From Albugo candida (Eukaryota), in assembly GCA_040437565.1 (NCBI GenBank), contig JBDOQK010000009.1:186001-250000 (forward strand): 64,000 nucleotides of DNA. Reading direction: 5' to 3'. Numbering within the stretch: position 1 is the stretch's first letter; the number at the start of each line of letters is the position of its first letter. Under the pieces are notes generated by a model, which had not been told where the DNA came from, made no database searches, and saw only the letters and a list, made by a program, of their open reading frames with translations. The position numbers and the translations under genes are program-made. This document shows, piece by piece, positions 46,050-58,800 of the stretch.

Positions 46050-48262
46050 ACTGAAAGGATTCTGTTTCTAATCATTTGATTGTTTTTGGCGTTGAAAGGA
46101 GTTCTTCCGTCAATCATTTCATACACCATGACTCCTAAAGCCCACCAGTCTACAGCTTGTGAATACGGTTTGCCTGTATACACCTCTGGTGCCATCATTT
46201 GATACGTCCCGACAAATGTACTCGTACGGTCATTCTGGCTGGAATTTTGTTTCGACATCCCGAAATCCGTGAGGGCGACGTGCCCATCAGATCCAACCAA
46301 GATATTTTCTAATTTCAAGTCGCGGTAGATGATTTTGTTACAATGTAAATGGTGTAATGCTAAAGCCACCTCAGCGCTGTACAATTTTGTTCGATCTTCC
46401 GGGAATCGACGAGCAAGCCGCATTTGGTCGAGTAGATTGCCACCCGAGTAATACTGGGATAAAAGATATAGCTTGGCATCATTTTGGAAAGCATATCGGA
46501 GTGCTGCTATGTATGGATGATCAATCCGGTCTAAGATTTGGCGCTCGGCATTGGTCGATTCGACCAAGCCACGCTGAATTACCAGCTTCTTTTTTATAGC
46601 TTTCATAGCAAAAAGTGCACCCTCATCTTCCCCGCAGTTTTTACGTACGAGTTTTACTCTTCCGCAGGCACCACGCCCTATCAATTTGATGATATCAAAG
46701 TCGATCAAGGAGACCTCATCACCTTTGCCACGGATTGGACGAATAAAGACACTATTACGATGTTCATTGTCGATATGCCGGGACTCGCTTTTCCGATTCG
46801 CACCCGCTCGTTTCTTTCGTGGATCAATTAGACAGGGTAACCTCTGACAAAGCGAGCAAATACGAACAAGCGCAAATGATTCGACGTACTTGTCTTCACA
46901 ACATCGCGAGCAGAACTTGACTTCACACCATGTACACTGAAATCGACGATTTAGCAGTCCTAATTTCCGATGACATAATCCGCACGAAGTGATTCTCGCA
47001 TCGTTTACAGTGATTCCGGCTGCTTCACCACACCGAGCTGCAAACGATCCGAAAATAGAGCTCATGACCATTTCCAGAGCCCAAGCTCCACTGCTGCTTT
47101 TTACAAAAGGTGGGACCTGGCCTGCTGATACACACACACACCCATGCCTTGCTTCTGCTGTTGGAATTTTGGACCCAACATCGATTTCCGATGATAAGAG
47201 CCATGCAATTGCACGTCTGGCTAATATGCGACGAGCAAAGTATGGATCGTTGTCGTTGACGTAGTGACTCGGTTCTACGAACGCCAGTGCTTTGACACGA
47301 TCCTGAACTATCCCGTGACCGTCGTCATGTATGAGGAGATGTTTCACATATTGTGTGCCTCTAGAAAAAGCTATGACGAACACATCGCACGAAAGTGGGA
47401 TCACAAATCGATTCCAAACCTGTTCGACATGCTTCTGCGGATCAGCAACATGTGCTGATGGATTCATTATGAGAACACCATAATTCTCGACGAGAGCTTT
47501 ACGCAAGTACGCCAACATAGAACCCGTCTCGTCGTCTCGAGATTCATTTTGCATGCAGATACTTCGACTCCAAATGCCAGCTTCTCGATAGGGAATAATT
47601 ACTAGCAATCGCTTTTTTTGTTCATAATTTGGAGATGTGAAAATAGTTCCTTCTGTATTCATTGAAAAGTGCGACTGCAAATTTTCATTCTGTGTAAGAT
47701 CGAAATCGTGGTCAGAGTGTTCTTCAGAAAGCAATAACTGATCAAGTGAAACTAGATATGTATCCATCGACCCAGGAATTCCACAGTAATTTATATTGCG
47801 CAGTCGGGCAGCAAAGTCATGATCTACTTCTATATCTCTATGCTCGGTGATTCCTGCGTTCTCTGAGTCTGTAAAGGTACTTGAGGATCTGGCGGGCAAC
47901 ACGGTGCTTCTGCGCCGATTCGTATCTATTCTCTCTAAGAGACGTCCGCGCTCATTCGATCGAATCGGGCATGTCGATGACGAAGTTGCTGAATTTGGTG
48001 TCGCCAGATACTCGGAATGAGAGGATTCCGGAGAATGGAGTGGTAGCTGGAGGAAAGATATATCACCATGTATGATTTCTCCCGTGAAGACATCCACTTT
48101 TTGAAAGCCTAACTCGGCACAAATACGATTCTGTACATGTTGAATAATATGATCTATCTGGGCGGATGCTGTATCCAAATTGTGGTTCTCACAATGATTC
48201 TGCTTTGTGTGATGCCTTGTGATAGCTTGTACCACAGGCGCTGGGTGCATCGATCGAAGCAT
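45635..48262 (-). CDS. AGC-family Ser/Thr kinase with N-terminal Arb2/FAM172A-like alpha/beta-hydrolase domain and FYVE-like zinc finger
   Basis: Kinase motifs GRGACG, AMK, YRDLKLEN, DFG, TFVGT..MAPE, DWWALG and hydrophobic motif FSNFSF. Eight-Cys finger CGLC/CTWC/CSRC/CSLC. FAM172A-like blocks IFTS..LLVIIP, AGIWSR, YGVLIMNP, HVEQVWNRFV, IAFSRG, VKALAF. Confidence 0.9.
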   Translation of the reverse strand: MLRSMHPAPVVQAITRHHTKQNHCENHNLDTASAQIDHIIQHVQNRICAELGFQKVDVFTGEIIHGDISFLQLPLHSPESSHSEYLATPNSATSSSTCPIRSNERGRLLERIDTNRRRSTVLPARSSSTFTDSENAGITEHRDIEVDHDFAARLRNINYCGIPGSMDTYLVSLDQLLLSEEHSDHDFDLTQNENLQSHFSMNTEGTIFTSPNYEQKKRLLVIIPYREAGIWSRSICMQNESRDDETGSMLAYLRKALVENYGVLIMNPSAHVADPQKHVEQVWNRFVIPLSCDVFVIAFSRGTQYVKHLLIHDDGHGIVQDRVKALAFVEPSHYVNDNDPYFARRILARRAIAWLLSSEIDVGSKIPTAEARHGCVCVSAGQVPPFVKSSSGAWALEMVMSSIFGSFAARCGEAAGITVNDARITSCGLCHRKLGLLNRRFQCTWCEVKFCSRCCEDKYVESFALVRICSLCQRLPCLIDPRKKRAGANRKSESRHIDNEHRNSVFIRPIRGKGDEVSLIDFDIIKLIGRGACGRVKLVRKNCGEDEGALFAMKAIKKKLVIQRGLVESTNAERQILDRIDHPYIAALRYAFQNDAKLYLLSQYYSGGNLLDQMRLARRFPEDRTKLYSAEVALALHHLHCNKIIYRDLKLENILVGSDGHVALTDFGMSKQNSSQNDRTSTFVGTYQMMAPEVYTGKPYSQAVDWWALGVMVYEMIDGRTPFNAKNNQMIRNRILSVDLKFSSRFSCVAVDFVSRLLTKNEVIRLGSGPNGFEELKAHPWFEGVDWDLVAKKEVTYQGQELLKQRHAKEFENADIYNTFMNTNEVPVDTPVSTRSTTNDNLFSNFSFNYMDPSETKSGEFDFCSSDSDGVSDEN

Positions 48263-49602
48263 GCTTATGTTTCAGCCTACAATCGCAATGAAGCGAGGAT
48301 TTCTCCTAATACGGGATAGCCACGTCAGTAACGTAAAGTGCCTCGCGTCTTCTACTTTCGTCCAATTACGCAGCTGTTCTTCGAGCATCGCGTCTCTCAC
48401 GACCTATCCCTGCAGTGTTCTGATTCTAGCAATTGGACCGAATACTGTATTCCTGTGACTATATAGCAAGAATTTTGTATACCACTCCTTCAAAGTGTGT
48501 CATAAAGCTGTATACCGCTGACTCTATGCGCTGAATGCTGTATACTTCCTTGTACAGGATTTTCCATCGAATAAAGAATGCAAGAAGAAGCGTGATGGTA
48601 TCTTCTCCTTTCGTCTGATTGTCTCATATATACGTACACCTAACAAATGAATCGAAAACTTGGCTTGGATGAGAAGTTACACTCATATAGTCATTGATTT
48701 TTCGTGATGAGTAGAAATACGAACACTCTATCTTGGATCAAAGTCGTGCGTCCTCGAATTCCAACTTTTACAATTGTCGCATACATTCTATTCAACTGAT
48801 CTCTAATTCACAAACTCTCGCTCCAAGTCCTTCTCTTTGGCCAGTTGGATCATGTATCAGATCTGGACTCTCGCTTGTAATAACACTGAAAGTCGCTTCC
48901 TAGACGGAGCCCTATTGCATGTGACATTTATTCGATTCGCATACTTTCGTAGAGTGCAAGTCTTTTGCTTACGAGACACATACATCGAGAGCGCTATGTT
49001 TTCGGTAAGGTTTCTATAGTGACTCGAGCACCAAAAACATGAGGTGCAGCCTTCAAAAATTGGCTCGTGAGATAAGCATGATCGTCAGACCTGACCAGAG
49101 TTTCATTGTCTACTTTGACTATTCCCGTCCCAATGCTTGGTGGAATTATTCCTGATCAGGTATACTTGATCGACCAACAAGTCTTCCTATTTCTTTCTCC
49201 TATTCATTCCACACGAATGCTGCCGAAAATTCTCCAGGAACGACAGCAATCTACGAGAAAGCCCATCGACCAGCTACATAGTTACATTTCCATTGTCGCA
49301 ATCTCTAAGAATTTTTTTCAGTTATGAGCGATCAAAAGACTTTGAAATTATTCGGAACTTATCGACATAATCTGAAGCAAAATCAGACGATAGAACTCGT
49401 TTTTTAGAACTACGTCATCTTCTTACCTCACTGACATTCGATGTCAGGTACAGAAAGCATCTCTCAAAGATTTTAATCACATAGTAAGAAAACTGAGCCC
49501 CAATTGTATCGATTTACGAGGCCACATATAAGTGGATCATTCTTCTCCATAGAAAACATTAACGGTACCTACCCACTAATTAACAATCTCGACAACGGCA
49601 GC

Positions 49603-52600
49603 ATGCGAACCATTCTCATGGTCGCTGAGAAACCAAGTATCGCTGCTTCTATTGCAAAAGCACTATGCAATGATTGTAGCTATGAGACTCGCAATGGGAA
49701 AACACCAATTTTTGAGCTTACGTCATCATTCAAATCTGTTCCCTGTTTGTACAAAATCACATCCGTAACAGGACATATGTACTCGTGTGATTTTCCGGCC
49801 GCTTACTCCAATTGGGACACTGTTGATCCAGAATCTTTGTTTCAAGCACCAACGGTGAAAAAACTCGAATCGAAAGGATTATATCAGCAGTTGCAGAAAG
49901 AAGCACGAGGTGCCGATACCTTGATATTGTGGCTGGATTGTGACCGTGAAGTACGTCTACTCGCTGGTGCTTTAAACTTCCAATTCACATGTTCTACTCT
50001 TTCCATTAGGGCGAAAACATTTGTTTCGAAGTGATCGAAACAGTACGTGATCGAATGCAAAATGCCGCCAGTTTAAAGTTCAAGGAGCCACTCATTTTGC
50101 GTGCCAAATTCTCAGCTGTTACCAAAAAAGATATACAACACGCTATGGAAACTCTGGTGGCTCCAAATATCCATGTTCGAGTATCCATTATTCTCCCAGC
50201 ATTCACTTATCCAATCTATAAAACAGGAGTCTTGGGCTGTCGATGCTCGTCAGGAATTGGATCTCAAAGTAGGCGTCGCCTTTTCCCGATTCCAAACGCG
50301 ATATTTTCAAGGACGATATGGAGATTTGGACTCAAATTTAGTATCCTACGGCCCTTGTCAGACACCAACGTTGGGCTTTTGCGTCGATCGATTCGATCAA
50401 GTAAGAAATTAGTATTGGTGAGAACTGAATGTAAAGCGTTGTGTGACTCTGTGAATCCTTTAAGATTCAACAATTTCAACCAGAGCCCTTTTGGACCATC
50501 GAAGTTGACATCACAAAAGATAACCAAACAATCAAGCTGGACTGGGATCGAGGGCATATATTCGATCATGAGGTACGAAATTGATTCATCACGTTACTTG
50601 CAATTATAGCGTCGACTTGCATCAGGCTGTCTGTGCACTGAATGAAGTTATCAGCGAAAAAAATACTTTGCTGGTGTCGAGTGTGAAAGAGTCAGAGGTC
50701 ACAAGGTCTCGTCCGACGCCTTTGAACACTGTTCAGCTTTTGCAGCATGCTTCAAAGCAATTGAGCATGGGGCCTTTCACGACGATGCAAATTGCTGAAC
50801 GGCTATACCTCCAAGGCTATATTTCATATCCACGCACGGAAAGCACATCCTATCCAGACTCCTTTGATGTTCAAAGCACATTGTCACAGCACACTCGAAA
50901 CTCGGTGTGTTTAAGAGCTATATAATGCTGTAACTGCTGACCAAATTGCCTTTCAATAGCACTGGGGAGCGTACGTTGCGAATTTGCTTCATCGTGGCTA
51001 TCAACGTCCTAAAAAGGGTGTGGATGTCGGCGATCATCCACCCATCACACCTGTACGAGCTGTAGAGTTGAACGAGTTGTCAGGAGAAATGGCACGTCTA
51101 TACGACTTTATTGCTCGTTACTTCATTGCGACTGTGTCTCGTGATGCAAGGTACGGCATCTCTCATTCGGAGGATTAACAGCTGATAGTCCCTTCTTCTT
51201 TAGACTGCTAGCAACCAGTGTTTCATTCACTTGTCAGACAGAGAGATTCTCCATCACCGGACATCGAGTATTGGACAGAGGCTTTACCGAAATACTGACA
51301 AGCACCAGTCTAATGGACACATTTGTACCAGACTTCAAGGTCGGGGAATTGAATGCGATCACTCGACAGAATGTTCGGCAAGGACAAACTTCACCTCCGG
51401 GGTTTTTGACGGAATCCGAGCTCATAGGCTTGATGGAAAAGCATGGTATCGGCACAGATGCCAGTATTCCAGCACATATNNNNNNNNNNNNNNNNNNNNN
51501 NNNNNNNNNNNNNNNNNNNNNNNNNNNNNNNNNNNNNNNNNNNNNNNNNNNNNNNNNNNNNNNNNNNNNNNNNNNNNNNTGTGATTTTCCGGCCGCTTAC
51601 TCCAATTGGGACACTGTTGATCCAGAATCTTTGTTTCAAGCACCAACGGTGAAAAAACTCGAATCGAAAGGATTATATCAGCAGTTGCAGAAAGAAGCAC
51701 GAGGTGCCGATACCTTGATATTGTGGCTGGATTGTGACCGTGAAGTACGTCTACTCGCTGGTGCTTTAAACTTCCAATTCACATGTTCTACTCTTTCCAT
51801 TAGGGCGAAAACATTTGTTTCGAAGTGATCGAAACAGTACGTGATCGAATGCAAAATGCCGCCAGTTTAAAGTTCAAGGAGCCACTCATTTTGCGTGCCA
51901 AATTCTCAGCTGTTACCAAAAAAGATATACAACACGCTATGGAAACTCTGGTGGCTCCAAATATCCATGTTCGAGTATCCATTATTCTCCCAGCATTCAC
52001 TTATCCAATCTATAAAACAGGAGTCTTGGGCTGTCGATGCTCGTCAGGAATTGGATCTCAAAGTAGGCGTCGCCTTTTCCCGATTCCAAACGCGATATTT
52101 TCAAGGACGATATGGAGATTTGGACTCAAATTTAGTATCCTACGGCCCTTGTCAGACACCAACGTTGGGCTTTTGCGTCGATCGATTCGATCAAGTAAGA
52201 AATTAGTATTGGTGAGAACTGAATGTAAAGCGTTGTGTGACTCTGTGAATCCTTTAAGATTCAACAATTTCAACCAGAGCCCTTTTGGACCATCGAAGTT
52301 GACATCACAAAAGATAACCAAACAATCAAGCTGGACTGGGATCGAGGGCATATATTCGATCATGAGGTACGAAATTGATTCATCACGTTACTTGCAATTA
52401 TAGCGTCGACTTGCATCAGGCTGTCTGTGCACTGAATGAAGTTATCAGCGAAAAAAATACTTTGCTGGTGTCGAGTGTGAAAGAGTCAGAGGTCACAAGG
52501 TCTCGTCCGACGCCTTTGAACACTGTTCAGCTTTTGCAGCATGCTTCAAAGCAATTGAGCATGGGGCCTTTCACGACGATGCAAATTGCTGAACGGCTAT

Positions 52601-54912
52601 ACCTCCAAGGCTATATTTCATATCCACGCACGGAAAGCACATCCTATCCAGACTCCTTTGATGTTCAAAGCACATTGTCACAGCACACTCGAAACTCGGT
52701 GTGTTTAAGAGCTATATAATGCTGTAACTGCTGACCAAATTGCCTTTCAATAGCACTGGGGAGCGTACGTTGCGAATTTGCTTCATCGTGGCTATCAACG
52801 TCCTAAAAAGGGTGTGGATGTCGGCGATCATCCACCCATCACACCTGTACGAGCTGTAGAGTTGAACGAGTTGTCAGGAGAAATGGCACGTCTATACGAC
52901 TTTATTGCTCGTTACTTCATTGCGACTGTGTCTCGTGATGCAAGGTACGGCATCTCTCATTCGGAGGATTAACAGCTGATAGTCCCTTCTTCTTTAGACT
53001 GCTAGCAACCAGTGTTTCATTCACTTGTCAGACAGAGAGATTCTCCATCACCGGACATCGAGTATTGGACAGAGGCTTTACCGAAATACTGACAAGCACC
53101 AGTCTAATGGACACATTTGTACCAGACTTCAAGGTCGGGGAATTGAATGCGATCACTCGACAGAATGTTCGGCAAGGACAAACTTCACCTCCGGGGTTTT
53201 TGACGGAATCCGAGCTCATAGGCTTGATGGAAAAGCATGGTATCGGCACAGATGCCAGTATTCCAGCACATATAAATAACATATGTGAGCGCAATTATGT
53301 TCGGCTAGCTTCAGGACGTACACTTGTGCCTACCAATTTGGGTGTTGTACTGGTTCATGGCTACTACAAGGTGGATCCAGAATTGGTGCTTCCAAGGGTG
53401 CGTGCAGCAATCGAAGAGCAGTGTACGTTGATTGCGAAAGGAATCGCCAGTAAAAATGAGGTGATAGAGCATTCATTGGAGATATTCCGAGCCAAATTTG
53501 CGTATTTTGTTCGAAAGATCAATATGATGGACACTTTGTTTGAAGCTACTTTTTCGCCTTTGGCAGCCACAGGGAAGCCACTATCAAAATGCGGTAAATG
53601 CAGCCGCTACATGAAATACGTTCATTTGAAACCCCAGCGATTGCATTGCCCGACATGCAATGAGACCTATAGCCTTCCTCAAAACGGATCAATCAAGCTG
53701 TACAAGGTTTGTATATCTGATTCCCAAACTCTGGTGGTTGTTTGACTTTGTATNNNNNNNNNNNNNNNNNNNNNNNNNNNNNNNNNNNNNNNNNNNNNNN
53801 NNNNNNNNNNNNNNNNNNNNNNNNNNNNNNNNNNNNNNNNNNNNNNNNNNNNNATCAATATGATGGACACTTTGTTTGAAGCTACTTTTTCGCCTTTGGC
53901 AGCCACAGGGAAGCCACTATCAAAATGCGGTAAATGCAGCCGCTACATGAAATACGTTCATTTGAAACCCCAGCGATTGCATTGCCCGACATGCAATGAG
54001 ACCTATAGCCTTCCTCAAAACGGATCAATCAAGCTGTACAAGGTTTGTATATCTGATTCCCAAACTCTGGTGGTTGTTTGACTTTGTATAGTGATTCAGG
54101 AGTACCGCTGTCCATTCGATCAGTTTGAATTGGTTCTATTCTCGTTGGGCAATTCGGGAAAGGCGATGGGGAAATCGTATTCCTTGTGTCCGTACTGCTA
54201 CAATCATCCACCTTTTGAAGATGTAGTTGACAAAATGGGTTGCAATGCGTGCTTACATCCGACCTGTAAGCACTCGTTGATACAAAATGGCGTTTGTCCA
54301 TGCCCGGGTAGCAATCCAGACGAGATGCATCGTGCAGCTCCATGGAAAAGCCGAACGAAATTCGATGGCAAAGCAGATATGAAAGACAAGGAGGAAGTAA
54401 AGATGAAATCGGACGATGTCAAGCAAGCAAATATCCCTTGTAATGGAAGTCTCGTTTTGGATGTGAATAGCAAACCAAACTGGAAATTGGCGTGTAATAT
54501 TTGCAACCTTCTGATACGATTTCGATCGGATGTCGCTATCCATACCATTCATACAATCAAGGCAAGTATGGGAGGTAAGCCCGAATATGGCAAGCATGAC
54601 TCTCCAATTTGTGCTCAGAAATGCTCAATGTGTGGCTCGAACAACCTCGTCGTCGAATTCCATAAAGATAAGGTGGAAATGATTAAAAAAGAAGCAAGTG
54701 CCTCCAATGATCAAAACTGGTCCACAAACACCAGTTATGTGGGTTGCTTGCTTTGTGATCCTTTGCTCAGCCGTATGACCGAGAGGAAATTAGGTCGTGT
54801 GAAGCACATAAGCTTGGTGAATGCACAACGTAGTAGTCGACGAGGTGGTGGACGTGGACGTGGACGTGGTAGTCGTAAGAAAGGTGGTCTGCTTTCTGTT
54901 GAAGAGTTCTAA
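49603..54912 (+). CDS. TOP3B: DNA topoisomerase III beta (multi-exon; 49786-51479 duplicated at 51580-53273 by gap overlap, second overlap at the 53754-53853 gap)
   Basis: [31 protein letters not shown], catalytic [25 protein letters not shown]-terminal CxxC zinc ribbons and RGG tail ([11 protein letters not shown]). Confidence 0.95.
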
Positions 54913-55815
54913 GGATCGCACGATCTTGTGCAATCCTTATAATCCTTCTCGATACCAAATGCTTGATAGATTGCAATTCTGGCGTTTAAATAAGCTCAAA
55001 ATCAAATTAGAATAACTACTCTATGGTACGCCTCTTTGAATGGAGATTTAGTGAAGCAAATGTTGATTTTGAACGACAAGAGGGTTCGCCATAGGATCAG
55101 GTGATTGCTACTACGGTCGATAACGAGTTTGGAAATGTACGATTGGATGATAGCCCATCATCCCAACAGATACAGAATCTGATTCAGTCTCTTCTTCCAT
55201 CTATATTCACAAAAGTAGTGGGATCTGATACTAGCGTGGTGGGGTACGTCACAAGTTCTCTTTGCGGACTGTAGAAATGACATGTCCTGATGGTAAATAT
55301 GTTTGCTATGCGACGTCTTCTCCACCAATTTGGTTCTCTTTCGAACAGATGTAATGTGGAATAGCATTATTACAACTTGAGCGATGCTACACAGTCATAT
55401 TTTCACAGAAACTGATGCTGCATTCACGTGATTTTGATAGAAAAAGCGCTTCTTCGATGCAAAGCATAATGTCATTTCGTGATATACGGTACACTTGAAT
55501 TTTACTCTNNNNNNNNNNNNNNNNNNNNNNNNNNNNNNNNNNNNNNNNNNNNNNNNNNNNNNNNNNNNNNNNNNNNNNNNNNNNNNNNNNNNNNNNNNNN
55601 NNNNNNNNTTTTACTCTCGTCAAATACCTATATATATGTATATACCTTGATAATCTATCTTTACATGCTGCTAAATTCGATTGAGAAGCCACTACGCAAA
55701 CCCCATCAATGCATTCTCTCTACTATTTGATATTGAAATATACTCATTCTGCCTTATTTTTTCACATCGCACTCTCAGACTTGGTCCATGCGCTTGCTTT
55801 AGCTATCTCCTGACA

Positions 55816-58800
55816 ATGGAACGTAGAGATTCTTTCACATACAACAATACCTCATCTGCATCCCTGTACCATCGTCGATCCAGTGGCAGTGAGAGCTCCA
55901 TACCGACGACATCGCGGCACGGTATTTGGGTCGAAGTCCAGGACCCAATGGTCCCTTTTTCGAATGCTGAAATCCTTCAGGAGCATAACACCAAGTACTA
56001 CTCAAACTCACATGAACTCAAGCAGGATATCCACTTTTTTGCGGTCGATAAAGTAGAGGAAGATATACCCGTTCTGGAAGCCGACCACGATCGCGATTCT
56101 TTCCTGGTAGATCAAGTGTTACAAGACGACCAAGAATGCAGCGATCAAGATCGATCCTCGTTCACAGATCAGTGTGAAGATATCGCCGGAGTGAAGGATA
56201 TAGACGAAGAAGCGGAAGAGGACGAAGGCGACATGAATGAACACCACCAAGTATCCGAATCGAACGCGCAGTCACAGTTGGATCCCGAGGATACAGCTTT
56301 CATTCAACAACACGCCGAAGATGATAGAAGCGATGCAGATCACTCTCAGGATCGAGATATCATCGAAAGCATGAGTCGTACACAGACAGCTGCATCACAT
56401 TCGTCGAGTCATGTTGAGAGTTCACCATTGACTCGGCAATTTGCGCAGATACCGCCAGTAATAACATCAGCGAACAGTGTCTACTCACTAAATAATCGTA
56501 ATACACAACGCCAATTAGTACGGAGTGGATGGCTATACAAGCAGCGGGAAGTTTTAAAATCGTGGAATCGACGGTACTTTGTACTGTTGAAACGTATCAA
56601 TCTACAATCGGGAAGCATCTCTGCTTCATTTCAATATTATAAAAGTACCAACTTTGCGAAGCTCCGCGGAGAGATACAGCTGCAAGACGGACCGGTTTGG
56701 ATTCGCTTTTTACAAAATCACGAGAGCAAACGACCTTTTTGCTTTGAAGTGTGTCAAGGAGACTACTCAATGGTCTGTCAAGGAACGGACCAAGACGACG
56801 TGAATGGATGGGTACAACATCTCCAAAGTCTGAATTCTGATGTTCGAAGACTGGCAGAATCCACGTCGACAGCTTCTAACAGACGATCAACGTCGACGAA
56901 TAGACCACCGGTGTACGCAACATCAACGCAAAGAACGATTGGAAAACCCAAGATTTCGGCTTTACCGTCATCGAATGCGACTTCCTCGTGCAAGACAAGG
57001 CCACAAGCAATCCTGTCACAATTGGAAAGCTCGAGAAAAAAGTCATATACAACTTTCAATCCTTTATCTGAAAGCAAGATGGTCGATCGATACAAAACGA
57101 AGCGAGAACGGGCTACACGTACGCGTGAAAGCAGAGTGGTGGCAGAACTACGTCGGATTTTCCAAGCTCCAAAATCGCGAGAAGCAATAAAATGCCGTTC
57201 TTTTGTCCGAAGTATCGACTTTCAGAGTAAAACGCTCGAGAATCCAATCAAACGGATTCGAGACTTTCATGGAGAGTTAGTTGAAAATGTGTTACGGGAA
57301 CATGGGACTCGACTTGTGAGGCTGCAGCGGACACATTCGAGCTTCAACATGGATTCCTCCACATCCGTACTTCGCAAAGTAGCAAGCGATAATATCCAGA
57401 TGAAAGAGTTTAAGGAACTAGAATCCGTCATCCGTTATTGTACTTGTGTCTATCTCGAGGAGCTCATTTATCTGCCTTTACTCGATGGGCTGCAAGCATA
57501 CTTGCGGCAAGAGTATCAGGATGAAGATATCAGTATGAATCGAAAGCTTCGCTGGCTCCAGGGAAAAGATCAAGCTCATTTTCATATTCCAAACTCGATC
57601 AAATCGCCTACCGGGTGGCGCAAATCGTGGCGTCTTCTCTCCCGAATGATCGTACACACTTTACCCACACCCAAATATGAAGTTTTGGTAGCTACGATAC
57701 AGGACATACAAGCAGCGTACCACCGACAGCACGGAGTTCCCGTGGACTTGGAGCCCGATGAGCTTCTTCCTATTTTGACATATGTCATAGTGCATAGCGG
57801 ACTGGACAATTTGATGTCACTTAAAGTACTACTAACGGAATTCAGTACGTTGACTGCGACACAAGCCGGAAACACAGGAGATGATTTAGCGTTGCATCTT
57901 TTCACAGCTTCTGTTGAGCTCATCAAAACAGTACGGATACCAGCAGTACTCGAAGATATATTTCGCGATCCGGTAGCAATCTCAATCGATGCGGATTGGT
58001 GTCGATACTTTGACTTTGAGCCGGAGCAAACGTATCGTTATGGAGCTGCTATTCACGAAGTTACCATGCATGGGATGACTGCATTTGGGCTCTCCGTAAC
58101 TCATGGGCACATTCTTGTCACGGTGAATGGACAGAATGTGGTGTTATGGCCGTATCAGGACATCATCAATTTTCTACAAGTGACAACGCCTCCGTATCGC
58201 TTGTCGTTTATCTCATCGACGGATTATTTCAAAATTCTGACTACAACTAAATCGCTATGGAATGTTGCTTTGATGTACGCCTGTCAGCGTGGAGATATTG
58301 CAAGCGTGCAGATGCTGCTAGCGAATGGAGCTGAAGTCAATTATGTCGCTCATGAATGCGGTGGAAATTCGCCTCTGCATGTCGCTGTGAGTGCATTACA
58401 TTTCAATGTGGTCTCGTATCTATTACAACATGGAGCTAGAGTGAATGCGATCGGCGAGTATGGTCGAAGTGCTTTGCATATGGTTGGCGCTCCCTGCGTG
58501 ATGCCTTGCTCGTATTGGGAAGGTCCCGATCGATACGATGGTAGAGAATCCATCCTCTCATCCTCTCATTCCACTACGACGAATTCCAAGACAGAATCGA
58601 GTGTTGATACGATTATGTCTTCTCCCTCTGCTCAGAAACGTANNNNNNNNNNNNNNNNNNNNNNNNNNNNNNNNNNNNNNNNNNNNNNNNNNNNNNNNNN
58701 NNNNNNNNNNNNNNNNNNNNNNNNNNNNNNNNNNNNNNNNNNGCCTTGCTCGTATTGGGAAGGTCCCGATCGATACGATGGTAGAGAATCCATCCTCTCA

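Noticed and set aside
49431-49447. Hairpin CTGACAT-TCG-ATGTCAG upstream of TOP3B
   Set aside because: A 7-bp stem is expected by chance in 64 kb; no supporting context.
48300-49500. Possible small multi-exon gene between the kinase and TOP3B
   Set aside because: Splice-like signals exist, but no consistent frame or recognisable protein could be assembled by eye.
49786-54081. Tandem duplication of TOP3B
   Set aside because: Apparently identical copies abut N gaps (offset 1794, and the 53754-53853 gap); one gene.
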